From Patescibacteria group bacterium (GTDB taxonomy: Bacteria; Patescibacteriota; Patescibacteriia; JBAZBY01): a stretch of DNA of 64,000 nt. The DNA is taken from the NCBI GenBank assembly GCA_041671225.1, contig JBAZBY010000001.1, positions 897,130 through 961,129 of the forward strand. The letters are read 5' to 3'. The translations under genes and the position numbers were made by a program. Shown one piece after another: positions 1 through 9,609 of the stretch (its first letter is position 1; each line of letters opens with the position of its first letter). The notes under the pieces are model-generated. The model searched no databases and was not told the DNA's origin. It saw only the letters and a list, made by a program, of their open reading frames with translations.

Positions 1-1684
1 CAGTGACGGCCAAACAATCGATGAAGCTGCGCACCTTTCAAGTGGCGCGAGTTATCTTACCACAGGCAGCTTCAATCTCAATCCAGAACACCCCGCATTC
101 GTCAAGATTCTTGCGGGCTCTTCAGCACTTCTTTCTGGAGCTGATGTCCCCGTACATGACCCCAGCTGGGCCGCGGGAGATCAATGGAATTTTGGAAGGG
201 CTTTCCTTTACCACAATACCGTACCAACTGATACGCTTCTTTTTCTCGGTCGTCTACCCATCATTATCATGAGTCTCCTCCTCACGCTTGGGCTCTTTCT
301 CCTTGCTCGCGTGCTCTTGGGCACCCGCGCATCATATGTGGTTTTGCTGCTTGGAATAGTCGAGCCGACTCTTCTTGCCCACGGTCATTATGTGACAACC
401 GATGTCCCTTTTACGCTCTTCTTCTTTTTAAGTATAACGTATATCTGGTGGACATTCCACACACAAAGTAGCTTTGCCGCGCTGATTGCCGGCGTCATGA
501 TTGGACTTGCGCATATAACAAAATTCTCTGCCGTTCTTCTCTGGCCAATACTCCTCGTTTTGGGGAGTGCGGCACTCCTCCATACACAGGATTGGCGGAA
601 CACTCTGAAGCGTTTTGGTGAAATATTCGGCTTTGGGCTTATTGCTACAGCACTATTCGTCTTTTTTATATATGGGTTTTCCTCACAAAAAATCATTACC
701 GATCCTCTGGTCAATGATTTTTACGACCAACCCGAAACACGCATGACGAACTTTCCTTTTGGTGAACTCATTGGAGGTAAGAGTACACTTGCAACGATTA
801 TTCAATCGTTTGCACACAATGTACCAATACCCGCGTATGACTACTTCCGCGGTCTTGGTAATGTTGCAACGCACAACTACAACGGACACACTGCCTACTT
901 GCTTGGAGAACAGTCAAACGCCGGGTGGTGGTGGTACTTCCCTGTTGCCTTCGCAGTCAAAACGCCGGCCGGCATTATGGTGCTCGCGGGGCTTGGTATG
1001 CTTACGGGTATGATTATGTCCGCGCGCCGCCGTAATGAATTCACGCCAAAGAAATGGGACAGGCGCCTAAGGGAATGGTACCGCTCCCTCCCCCTTGCCG
1101 CGATACTCTTCACTCTTGCCCCACTCCTCTACCTTCTTATTAGTCTTGGCAGTCACATCAATCTTGGTGTCCGGCACATGTTGCCCATTATGCCGTTTAT
1201 ATTGTTGCTGACGGGCGTGCCCTTTCTTATGACAGGAAAACGCTTTCAACGCGCGTATCGAGCAGTGCTTTGGAGTATCGTAGCTCTCACTGTTCTTTCC
1301 ATTGGAATTGCGGCGCCATACTTCACATCATATTTTTCAGAATTCGTCGGGGGTTGGCCACAAGGACCGCGATATCTGCTTGACTCTAACTACGACTGGG
1401 GGCAGGACATCAAGCGTCTCAAAAAGTTTTTGAACGATGCTTCTATGCCAGAACCCATCCGTTTTGCATATTTTGGCAGTGCGGATATACCCGCATATTT
1501 TGAACGTGGATTTGCTGCACTCCCAACTGATACAGAAGTTGCACAGAAAGGCATACCCAAGAATGGGACAGTTGTGATCTCCGCCGGCATTTATCATTCG
1601 CTTGACACTCAATACACGTGGCTCTACAGCCAACCCATTGATACCGTGATCGGTACCTCCCTCTACGTCTTTATCTTTCCGTGA
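1..1684 (+). CDS. GT-C membrane glycosyltransferase, ArnT/PMT-like (GT39/GT83-like), 5' partial
   Basis: The frame of the 269..1684 ORF stays open back to the window edge. Translating from nt 2 gives ...GQTIDEAAHLSSGASYLTTGSFNLNPEHPAFVKILAG... followed by many TM helices and a C-terminal soluble domain. This is the DE-loop-after-TM1 architecture of ArnT/PMT-type GT-C enzymes. The ORF-track 3..272 ORF is in another frame and was rejected. Confidence 0.6.
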   Translation, partial: SDGQTIDEAAHLSSGASYLTTGSFNLNPEHPAFVKILAGSSALLSGADVPVHDPSWAAGDQWNFGRAFLYHNTVPTDTLLFLGRLPIIIMSLLLTLGLFLLARVLLGTRASYVVLLLGIVEPTLLAHGHYVTTDVPFTLFFFLSITYIWWTFHTQSSFAALIAGVMIGLAHITKFSAVLLWPILLVLGSAALLHTQDWRNTLKRFGEIFGFGLIATALFVFFIYGFSSQKIITDPLVNDFYDQPETRMTNFPFGELIGGKSTLATIIQSFAHNVPIPAYDYFRGLGNVATHNYNGHTAYLLGEQSNAGWWWYFPVAFAVKTPAGIMVLAGLGMLTGMIMSARRRNEFTPKKWDRRLREWYRSLPLAAILFTLAPLLYLLISLGSHINLGVRHMLPIMPFILLLTGVPFLMTGKRFQRAYRAVLWSIVALTVLSIGIAAPYFTSYFSEFVGGWPQGPRYLLDSNYDWGQDIKRLKKFLNDASMPEPIRFAYFGSADIPAYFERGFAALPTDTEVAQKGIPKNGTVVISAGIYHSLDTQYTWLYSQPIDTVIGTSLYVFIFP

Positions 1685-1689
1685 TCACG

Positions 1690-1718
1690 TGACAAAGACC
1701 GGCAAAGTTGCTATAATA
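1690..1718 (+). promoter_or_regulatory. sigma70-like promoter for the pil operon (-35 TGACAA 1690-1695, 17-nt spacer, -10 TATAAT 1713-1718)
   Basis: Read directly from the sequence. Spacing is canonical and the element lies ~30 nt upstream of the pilB start. Confidence 0.4.
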
Positions 1719-1746
1719 TGCACAGTTCCGTTTAAACACTAGGGGG

Positions 1747-3495
1747 TTGCGAGCACAAACTGAAAACACAAAACTCCGGGAAACGCTCCTGAAAGATAAA
1801 ATTCTTTCTGAAGCACAAATCAAGGTACTGGAAAAGAAACTCCAGACAACCGGAAAAACGCTTACAGAGCAAATACTGGAGGATCGGCTTCTCTCCGAGC
1901 AGATCCTTTTTGAGGCTGTCGCAAATAGTTATGGCGTGCCCTTTGTTGACCTTTCAAATGAAACAATACGCCGGGATATTCTTGAACTCGTCCCAGAACC
2001 CATTGTACAGGTACATCAAGTTGTTGCCTTTGAACGCGATGAATCAACCGTAAAGCTCGCGATGCTTGATCCAACGGATTTACAGACACTCGAATTTATC
2101 GAAAAGAAAACAGGGCTCACGCCCGAAGTGCATGTGACCACCCAATCGAGTGTGCAATCAGTGCTGAAACAATATCATAAGGGTCTCAAAGCTGAGCTCA
2201 AAGAAATCTCCGGAGCAAAAAATAAGGATGAAGAGGAGGGAGCTCCAAAAGAAAAGGACCTCAAACAACTTGCCGAGGACCTTCCTGTCGTCCGTATTGT
2301 TGATACATTGCTTGAATATGCCATTCTCGAAGGTGCTTCAGATATTCACATTGAACCACTTGAAAAAGAAACCATCGTTCGTTATCGCATTGATGGCGTG
2401 CTTCGTGAAGTCATGAACCTTCCAAAAAATGTTCACAATGGTGTTATTGCTCGTATTAAAATCCTTTCAAATCTTAAATTAGACGAACATCGTCTTCCGC
2501 AAGATGGGCGTTTTAAAATCACAACAGCGGAACATAAGGTGGCATTCCGCGTTTCTATTCTCCCCATCTATGATGGTGAAAAAATCGTGCTCCGCCTGCT
2601 GGATGAAAGCGCAAAGGTTCTCACGTTAGAGCAGCTTGGTATGCAGCCAAAACCGTTGGAAATACTAAAACGCGCAATTAGTAAACCGCACGGCATTATC
2701 TATGTAACAGGACCGACTGGCTCAGGAAAAACAACGACGCTCTATACTATCGTCAATATTCTCAACACGCCATCGGTGAATATCTCAACGATTGAGGATC
2801 CGGTTGAATATCGTATGCAGCGCGTGAACCAGACGCAGGTAAGTCCAAAAATCGGTCTTACATTTGCCGCTGGCCTTCGCTCACTCCTGCGTCAGGATCC
2901 AAATATTATCATGGTTGGAGAAATCCGCGATAAAGAAACTGCCGAAATTGCTAACCATGCGGCCATGACAGGTCACATCGTACTCACAACACTACATACG
3001 AATGATGCGGTCACCACGCTCCCCCGCCTTGCAAAAATGGGTGTGCCGAACTTCTTAATCGCATCCACAACAAATCTTGTTATGGCACAACGTCTTGTGA
3101 GAAAAATTTGCGTACACTGCGTTGAAAGCTACACGCTGACGAAGAAACAAATTGAGGAACTTGGACAACAGATTAATGTCAGCGAGTTATTGCAAATTCT
3201 GGATCACGAGGGCGCAGTGGACCTGAAGAAACAAAATATGGAAGAACTGCTTTTTTATCGTGGCAAGGGTTGTAAACAATGCAATGATACCGGATACAAA
3301 GGTCGTATTGGTATTTATGAAGTGGTAGAAATGACTGATGAGATTGCTCAACGTATCCTGGATAATGCAAGTACAAGTGAGCTGACAAAGACGGCAATTG
3401 CACAGGGCATGCTGACGATGCTTCAAGATGGATTTATCAAGGCAAAAAGTGGTATCACTTCTATCGAAGAGGTGCTCCGCGTTACACAAGAATAA
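1747..3495 (+). CDS. pilB: type IV pilus assembly ATPase PilB (GspE family)
   Basis: N-terminal GspII_E-like domain (VPFVDL...), Walker A GPTGSGKTTTLY, and a C-terminal tetracysteine motif CVHC...CKQC. The start is TTG at 1747 immediately after an AGGGGG run; exact start uncertain. Confidence 0.9.
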   Translation: MRAQTENTKLRETLLKDKILSEAQIKVLEKKLQTTGKTLTEQILEDRLLSEQILFEAVANSYGVPFVDLSNETIRRDILELVPEPIVQVHQVVAFERDESTVKLAMLDPTDLQTLEFIEKKTGLTPEVHVTTQSSVQSVLKQYHKGLKAELKEISGAKNKDEEEGAPKEKDLKQLAEDLPVVRIVDTLLEYAILEGASDIHIEPLEKETIVRYRIDGVLREVMNLPKNVHNGVIARIKILSNLKLDEHRLPQDGRFKITTAEHKVAFRVSILPIYDGEKIVLRLLDESAKVLTLEQLGMQPKPLEILKRAISKPHGIIYVTGPTGSGKTTTLYTIVNILNTPSVNISTIEDPVEYRMQRVNQTQVSPKIGLTFAAGLRSLLRQDPNIIMVGEIRDKETAEIANHAAMTGHIVLTTLHTNDAVTTLPRLAKMGVPNFLIASTTNLVMAQRLVRKICVHCVESYTLTKKQIEELGQQINVSELLQILDHEGAVDLKKQNMEELLFYRGKGCKQCNDTGYKGRIGIYEVVEMTDEIAQRILDNASTSELTKTAIAQGMLTMLQDGFIKAKSGITSIEEVLRVTQE

Positions 3496-3497
3496 GT

Positions 3498-4718
3498 ATG
3501 CCCATATATCACTACAGCGCTAAAAATGAGGATGGTGAGGTCGAAAAGGGACAGGTAAAACTGCCAAATGAAGAAGCACTGCGCACTCATCTCATCGGTA
3601 AGAATCTCGCACTCGTATCTGTTGAAAGTATAGAGGAAGAAAAAAAGAAAAGTGGTTTTGATGCGTGGCTCACAAAACATACGACGCGTATTTCTGTTGT
3701 ACAAAAAATCTTTTTTACGCAAAACCTTGAAGTCATGCTGCGCACTGGTTTTTCACTTAGTGAAGCCCTGAAGACACTTGCGCTGCAGGTGAGTAACAAA
3801 ACATTTAAGAAAATTATCGGCGAGTTGCAAAGTGATGTCGAAAAAGGACAAACACTTGCTGATGCAATGCGAAAACATCAAAATATCTTCTCTGAATTAT
3901 TTATCAATATGATTGCTGTTGGCGAGGCGAGCGGAAAACTTGATGAAGTTTTGAAACGTCTTACGTTACAGCTCAAGAAAGACCATGCACTCATTACAAA
4001 AGTAAAAGGCGCACTGACATACCCTATTATTGTTATCGTTGCCATGATTGGTATTGGTATTGGCATGATCGTCTTTGTATTGCCACAAATCACATCACTT
4101 TTTGAGGGTAAAGCTGACCTGCCGTTGCCGACAAAAATACTGCTCGGGCTTTCTGATTTCACGCGTGAGAATGGTATCCTTCTTGGTATTGGCGTGGTCA
4201 TTCTCATCGGCCTCTTCATTATGGGTCTTCGTACGCCTTCTGGGCACGCACTCTGGGATCGTCTTGTGTTGCGATTACCTGTTGCTGGAAACATCATTAA
4301 AAAAGTGAACATCGCAAAATTCACTCGTACTTTTTCATCACTCCTTGAGACCGATATTCCTATTGTACAAGTCATGGAAATCATTTCCCGCACCCTGAGT
4401 AATAGTCAGTACCAGAATGCGCTTCTTGCTGCGGCTGAACGCCTAAAAAAAGGAGAGCGCCTTACGGACAGTCTGAGTGGATATGATAGGCTCTTCCCTC
4501 CATTAGTAACGCAAATGTTCTCTGTTGGTGAACAAAGTGGAACGCTCAACGATGTATCGAGTGAAATTGCGACATTCTATGAGGAGGAAGTTGACAACAC
4601 AATGGCAAACCTCTCCACGATTATTGAACCGGTTCTAATGCTCTTCTTGGGTGTTGGTGTAGCTGCTCTTGCAATTGCGGTCATAATGCCAATTTACTCA
4701 CTTTCAGATACAATCTAA
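3498..4718 (+). CDS. pilC: type IV pilus inner-membrane platform protein PilC (GspF family)
   Basis: Two T2SSF-like repeats and three TM segments. It sits 2 nt downstream of pilB. Confidence 0.85.
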   Translation: MPIYHYSAKNEDGEVEKGQVKLPNEEALRTHLIGKNLALVSVESIEEEKKKSGFDAWLTKHTTRISVVQKIFFTQNLEVMLRTGFSLSEALKTLALQVSNKTFKKIIGELQSDVEKGQTLADAMRKHQNIFSELFINMIAVGEASGKLDEVLKRLTLQLKKDHALITKVKGALTYPIIVIVAMIGIGIGMIVFVLPQITSLFEGKADLPLPTKILLGLSDFTRENGILLGIGVVILIGLFIMGLRTPSGHALWDRLVLRLPVAGNIIKKVNIAKFTRTFSSLLETDIPIVQVMEIISRTLSNSQYQNALLAAAERLKKGERLTDSLSGYDRLFPPLVTQMFSVGEQSGTLNDVSSEIATFYEEEVDNTMANLSTIIEPVLMLFLGVGVAALAIAVIMPIYSLSDTI

Positions 4719-4721
4719 AGC

Positions 4722-5825
4722 ATGGCAAAACAATCAGGCATCCCTCGCCGACCACTGCTGCAAATAAATCCCTTCCGCAACGCAATTGGAATTGATATTT
4801 CTGATCTTGTTGTCCGTGCAGTGCAAATCACCGGAAGACCCGGCAATCTGAAACTCCACGCCTTAAGCGAGCGCCACTTCTCTCCTGGATGGATGCAGAA
4901 TGGTGAAATCCAAAATGACAAGAAAATTACCGCAGTACTGCACGATTTACTTTCAAAACCATGGATGGGTCGTTTTAGTGGATCATATGTCACCCTTTCT
5001 CTTCCCGAGCGACAAACGTTTCTTAAGCTCATCGATATCCCAAAAACCCGCGAAGGTGACCCAACAGAAGTGGTACGATTTGAAGCAACCAATCATATCC
5101 CAATGAATCTCAATGATGTGTATTTAGATTGGGAGTATGTTCCGGGAACAAAGGCCGAGGGTAAGGATAAACAACGCGTGCTTGTTGCTGCGGCTCCCCG
5201 CATACTTGTCGACAGTTACCTCAAATTATTTGAAGGCATAAAATTCAAGCCAATTGCATGCGAGCTTGAATCCATCGCTTTGTACCGTGCACTTGCACCG
5301 GCCCTGTATGAAAAAGGAACGAGTCTTGTGATCGACTTCGGTGGCTCAGAAACACTCTTCATGCTCGCAAATGCAAAAACAGTGCTTTTCACTTCTACCA
5401 TTTCAAATGGCGGCGATGCGCTCACCGCAGCTATTGAGAAGAAGTTGGGGGTTTCACACACAGAGGCAGAAAAGGCAAAGGTACTCTATGGCCTTGAAGC
5501 AAAGCATGGCAAAGGAAAAATTCGTTCAATTCTGCTGCCTCTTTTCAAGCCATACCAAGAAAAACTCAAAGAAATTCTTAACTTTTATGTGGACCACTTC
5601 CCGACGCAGGATTCACTTGAGCGTGTCGTCCTTGCTGGTGCTGGCAGTCGCTTAAAGGGCTTACCTGCGTATATTGAAAACATACTCAATCTTCCAGTCG
5701 ACATTGCAAACCCGCGCGGTTTTCTTGGCACACAGCGCCACGACCCGTTTGAAAAGCATGATGCAACGCCTTACGCGCCAGCAATAGGACTTGCGCTTCG
5801 CGAACACCTCCATGATAACACTTAA
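4722..5825 (+). CDS. pilM: type IV pilus assembly protein PilM (actin-like ATPase fold)
   Basis: PilM-like N-terminus (NAIGIDISDLVVRAVQI...) and the position after pilC. Confidence 0.8.
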   Translation: MAKQSGIPRRPLLQINPFRNAIGIDISDLVVRAVQITGRPGNLKLHALSERHFSPGWMQNGEIQNDKKITAVLHDLLSKPWMGRFSGSYVTLSLPERQTFLKLIDIPKTREGDPTEVVRFEATNHIPMNLNDVYLDWEYVPGTKAEGKDKQRVLVAAAPRILVDSYLKLFEGIKFKPIACELESIALYRALAPALYEKGTSLVIDFGGSETLFMLANAKTVLFTSTISNGGDALTAAIEKKLGVSHTEAEKAKVLYGLEAKHGKGKIRSILLPLFKPYQEKLKEILNFYVDHFPTQDSLERVVLAGAGSRLKGLPAYIENILNLPVDIANPRGFLGTQRHDPFEKHDATPYAPAIGLALREHLHDNT

Positions 5826-6378
5826 CCTTATCTCAAAAGAAAAACGCTCCTGGCTTGCAGAAATCAGGCGTTTTGCTTATGCCAAGGTGATCGCGAGCAT
5901 TGGCATCGCTGTTATTATTCTCGCTTCTGGGTATCTGTTTGCGATTCAAGCAATCCTGAATGACCGTCTTAGCGTCGTGCGTGATGAAATCACTGTCGTG
6001 GAGGCACAACTACCAAAACGAGGAGACTCCACACTTGATGATAGTATTCGAGCACTCAATGCGCAGACGCAGCATCTCGCAGATCTTTACAACAAGAACA
6101 TCAGTTATTCTGTGTTAATGAATGAAATAGGTCAAAGCGTAACTCCCGGCATCGTGCTCGAAAAAATTTCGCTCAATACGCTCACTTCCTCACTCGTTCT
6201 TACAGGAACGGCAAAAACACGCGACAATCTCCTGGCATTTCAGGATGCTCTCACGGCACTCCCCTATATCGATGAAATGAATACGCCACTTTCAACCTTC
6301 ACGCAACGCGAAAATATTCCGTTTGACTACAACATTTCACTTAACCTTGAAGCGATCATCGCAGCGCAACAATCATGA
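5791..6378 (+). CDS. pilN: PilN-like bitopic pilus assembly protein
   Basis: A single N-terminal TM followed by a coiled-coil/periplasmic region. It overlaps the pilM 3' end (TTG at 5791, or ATG at 5812). Confidence 0.6.
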   Translation: MRFANTSMITLNLISKEKRSWLAEIRRFAYAKVIASIGIAVIILASGYLFAIQAILNDRLSVVRDEITVVEAQLPKRGDSTLDDSIRALNAQTQHLADLYNKNISYSVLMNEIGQSVTPGIVLEKISLNTLTSSLVLTGTAKTRDNLLAFQDALTALPYIDEMNTPLSTFTQRENIPFDYNISLNLEAIIAAQQS

Positions 6379-6899
6379 AACGGTTTTTGAGTAAAACGGG
6401 CATCTTATACTTTAGTGCAACGATTGCAGTAATTGCGGGCTGGCTTCTTGTTATCACGCCGCTCCAAGGAAGTTTCACCGATATTCAGGCAACAATATCA
6501 AATGAAGAAACGCGCCGGATTGCGCTGGAGGCGCGTATCGTCGACCCGCAACAAAAAGAACGTGAACTTCTTGCGGTCACTGAAAAATTGACAACGCTGG
6601 ATCCTTTCTACTTTACAGACGAAAAGGCCTTGGAACTCTTTACGGAATTCGAGCGATTTGCAAATCTTGCGGATATAGACATGACCTTCTCACTCGCAGC
6701 AGAAACAGGAGCGGATGCGGAAAGTATTGGCATACGCTTTAATATCACAGGAGCGTTTGCCAGCACGATGGCATTTGTGCAATCACTTGAACGAATGCCG
6801 ATGGTCATGGTCATGGATAGCATCGAATTCATGACCCAGGGAAATACCACAACGACAACAATAGCGGCTCGCGTTTTTACGCCAGCACAAGCACTATGA
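6375..6899 (+). CDS. pilO: PilO-like bitopic pilus assembly protein
   Basis: A TM segment, then a coiled-coil, then a soluble domain. ATGA overlap with the pilN stop. Confidence 0.55.
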   Translation: MKRFLSKTGILYFSATIAVIAGWLLVITPLQGSFTDIQATISNEETRRIALEARIVDPQQKERELLAVTEKLTTLDPFYFTDEKALELFTEFERFANLADIDMTFSLAAETGADAESIGIRFNITGAFASTMAFVQSLERMPMVMVMDSIEFMTQGNTTTTTIAARVFTPAQAL

Positions 6900-7156
6900 T
6901 ACAAAAACCTTCACTGCTGAAACATATTCGTCGGCATGGCATTCTGCTGACCATTCTTTTAAGTCTTCTCTTTCTTGGCACAATTGTGCTGAGCGGTCTC
7001 TCTTCGCTCAATATTGCAGAAACGACACTCATGCCGACGGCGCGACAAATAACCGTGGACGAGAATCGCTATAATGAAGTGATGCAAAACGAGGAAAGCC
7101 GCGAGATACATCTGCCTGTTCCTGTCAGTAATCCTTTTGCCGCAAATGAGAGTTGA
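6896..7156 (+). CDS. small bitopic membrane protein coupled to pilO (PilP-like accessory?)
   Basis: ATGA overlap with the pilO stop (ATG 6896-6898 / TGA 6897-6899). One TM helix. No pilin signature. Confidence 0.35.
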   Translation: MIQKPSLLKHIRRHGILLTILLSLLFLGTIVLSGLSSLNIAETTLMPTARQITVDENRYNEVMQNEESREIHLPVPVSNPFAANES

Positions 7157-7181
7157 CAGATCATAAGGATTCACGTAGCAT
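7153..7181 (+). promoter_or_regulatory. candidate promoter for rpmA (-35 TTGACA 7153-7158, 17-nt spacer, -10 TAGCAT 7176-7181)
   Basis: Perfect -35, weaker -10, ~25 nt upstream of the rpmA ATG. Confidence 0.3.
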
Positions 7182-7206
7182 CATCGTTACATTCATTGAT
7201 TAATTT

Positions 7207-7479
7207 ATGGCACATACCAAAGCAGGGGGCTCAACCTCACTCGGCCGAGACTCCCAGGCAAAACGCCTCGGCGTAAAACGTTCTGAGGGCGCAACCGTAC
7301 GGGAAGGTTCCATCATTATCCGGCAACGAGGGACAAAGTACATCCCCGGAAAAAACGTTCGCAAAGGGGAAGATGATACCCTTTATGCCGTTCAGAAGGG
7401 CACGGTACACTTCCTCCAACGCGCAAAAAAGAACTTTACCGGAAAGCTCAAAAAGCGCACCATCGTTACGGTGGTCTAA
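7207..7479 (+). CDS. rpmA: 50S ribosomal protein L27
   Basis: [25 protein letters not shown]...IIIRQRGTK is an unmistakable L27 signature. Confidence 0.95.
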   Translation: MAHTKAGGSTSLGRDSQAKRLGVKRSEGATVREGSIIIRQRGTKYIPGKNVRKGEDDTLYAVQKGTVHFLQRAKKNFTGKLKKRTIVTVV

Positions 7480-7482
7480 CAA

Positions 7483-7507
7483 AAAGCCCCGCAGGTCGGG
7501 GTTTTTT
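7483..7507. terminator. bidirectional Rho-independent terminator between convergent rpmA and pyrG
   Basis: AAAAA, then GCCCCG, loop CAGGT, CGGGG, then TTTTTT. The GC stem is flanked by an A-run and a T-run. Confidence 0.7.
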
Positions 7508-7513
7508 GTTTGG

Positions 7514-9160
7514 CTATTTCTTTTTTCCACCCACTGCCGCTCGCATGAACGCAACAAAAAGTGGATGTGGGGTGAGTGGGCGTGATTGCAATTCCGGATG
7601 AAACTGCGTCCCAACAAAGAAAGGATGTGTTTCTTTGGGTAGCTCAATAATCTCTATGAGGCCATTATCTGGGCATACTCCTGAAAAAATGAGACCTGCT
7701 TTTTCTAATCGATCCTTATAGGCATTGTTAAATTCATAACGATGCCGGTGTCGCTCAGAAACCATTGTTTTTTTGTATGCATCATGCACAAGTGAACCGC
7801 GCTTCAAACGCGCACGATACGCTCCGAGACGCATGGAGTTGCCCATGTTCTTTGCTGCAAGATTTGCTGCCTGCTTATCATTGATATGAATGATGGGGTC
7901 CTTTGTATTTGGATCAATTTCGACCGTCTGTGCATCGGGAATGTTTGCAACACTGCGGGCAAACTCGATTGTTGCAAGCTGCATGCCATAACAGAGGCCA
8001 AGATATGGGATCTTCTTCTCGCGTGCATACTTCACGGCTCTGATAACGCCGCTAATCCCCCGCGTACCAAAACCACCAGGCACGATAATGCCTTTCATTC
8101 CTTTTAAAATTGAAAGGTCGGCTTTTGGCTTTTCAAAATCCTCAGAATCAATCCAATGAAGTTCCGGCTTCACGCCTACTGCCACTCCCGCATGTTTTAT
8201 AGCTTCAATGACAGAAATATACACGTCCGAAAGAACATAATCACCAGATGAAAAATATTTTCCAACCACGGCAATCGGCACAACCTGACGCGCTCGCTTC
8301 ATCCGTGCCACCATGGCACTCCAATCCTTCAAGTCCTTTTTATTTGCTTTGATATGAAACTTCCCAAGAATCTTATTACCGAGATTCTGCCTTTCAAAAT
8401 TAATGGGAACGTTATAAATACTTTCTGCATCCGGTGCAGAAATAACATTTTCAACAGAAATATTGCAGAAACGAGCTATCTTATCGCGCCGTTTTTGGTC
8501 AACAGGATCTTCTGACCGACATACGACGAAATCTGCCTGCAACCCAGCACTATTAAGGGTACGGGAGGCATGTTGTGTCGGTTTTGTTTTCATCTCGCCG
8601 ATCATCTTTGGAATGGGAAGATAGCTGACAAGCACAAAAAGGACACCATCAGGATCCGCAAGCTTCATCATGCGGGCAGCTTCCAGAAAAATAAGATTCT
8701 CGTATTCTCCGACCGTTCCGCCAATCTCAATGACCACAAAATCCGATTTATGCTGCTGTGCTGATTTCTTGATACGACGGATAACTTCATTGGGGATATC
8801 TGGAACCACTTGGACATTATCGCCGTGATAGCCAAGATTACGCTCACGCGCTATGACCGTTTCATAAATACGCCCAGTGGTCATGTAATCAACGCGGTTA
8901 AGGCTTATATCCAAAAACCGCTCATAGTTACCAATATCCTGGTCGGTCTCATCACCGTCTTGCGTAACAAAGACCTCGCCATGCACCGTAGGATTCATTG
9001 TCCCTGCATCCACATTCACGTATGGATCAATCTTGATCGCAGAAACCGTAAACCCTTTGCTCTGGAGTATCCTACCAATAGAAGCGGTCGTCACGCCCTT
9101 GCCAACGCCGGACATCACACCGCCGATAACGAAAATGAATTTTGTCTTTGCTTGCTTCAC
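7514..9160 (-). CDS. pyrG: CTP synthase
   Basis: N-terminus VIGGVMSGVGKG and a C-terminal glutamine amidotransferase domain (GLCYGMQ). GTG start overlapping the rplI stop (GTGA). Confidence 0.95.
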   Translation of the reverse strand: MKQAKTKFIFVIGGVMSGVGKGVTTASIGRILQSKGFTVSAIKIDPYVNVDAGTMNPTVHGEVFVTQDGDETDQDIGNYERFLDISLNRVDYMTTGRIYETVIARERNLGYHGDNVQVVPDIPNEVIRRIKKSAQQHKSDFVVIEIGGTVGEYENLIFLEAARMMKLADPDGVLFVLVSYLPIPKMIGEMKTKPTQHASRTLNSAGLQADFVVCRSEDPVDQKRRDKIARFCNISVENVISAPDAESIYNVPINFERQNLGNKILGKFHIKANKKDLKDWSAMVARMKRARQVVPIAVVGKYFSSGDYVLSDVYISVIEAIKHAGVAVGVKPELHWIDSEDFEKPKADLSILKGMKGIIVPGGFGTRGISGVIRAVKYAREKKIPYLGLCYGMQLATIEFARSVANIPDAQTVEIDPNTKDPIIHINDKQAANLAAKNMGNSMRLGAYRARLKRGSLVHDAYKKTMVSERHRHRYEFNNAYKDRLEKAGLIFSGVCPDNGLIEIIELPKETHPFFVGTQFHPELQSRPLTPHPLFVAFMRAAVGGKKK

Positions 9161-9609
9161 GTGTGTTGAATAATGAGTGAGAGTGTCAATATCTTTTCTC
9201 CGACAGTCATCTGCGCCGCATGCTCACCGAGCTTCTTTATTGGCTCACTTGTTTTAATGGTGGTATCTGGAACGACAATGTGAAATTGTTTTTTTATTGC
9301 TGCAGCGATATCTGCGGGCTTGACCGCGGCGTACAATGTTCCTTCAGGGTCGGCATTTGCAAGAATACTCACGGTCACATTGGTGAGTGTGTCGATGATC
9401 TTTTTTCCCCGTTCCCCTTGTTTCGCCACTTCCTTCTCACGTTGACGTGAATGTTGTGCATACTGTGCGCGGAGATCAGCGGTCGCAATACTTCCCAATT
9501 TTTTTGGGATCAACACGTTGCGTGCATATGCGGCAGTAATATTCTTTACCTCTCCGGCTTTTGCAACGCCCTCAACTGTCTTATGGAAGTAAATCGGGAG
9601 CGTGTTCAT
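9157..9609 (-). CDS. rplI: 50S ribosomal protein L9
   Basis: The GEVKNITAAYARNVLIPKKLG motif matches the L9 N-domain. 150 aa. ATGA overlap with the ctpA stop. Confidence 0.85.
   Translation of the reverse strand: MNTLPIYFHKTVEGVAKAGEVKNITAAYARNVLIPKKLGSIATADLRAQYAQHSRQREKEVAKQGERGKKIIDTLTNVTVSILANADPEGTLYAAVKPADIAAAIKKQFHIVVPDTTIKTSEPIKKLGEHAAQMTVGEKILTLSLIIQHT

Noticed and set aside
3-272. 89-aa + strand ORF at the window start
   Set aside because: It is in a different frame from the GT-C gene. The GT-C frame is open from nt 2 and encodes the conserved DE-loop (TIDEAAHLSSGASY...), so this ORF is a frame artefact.
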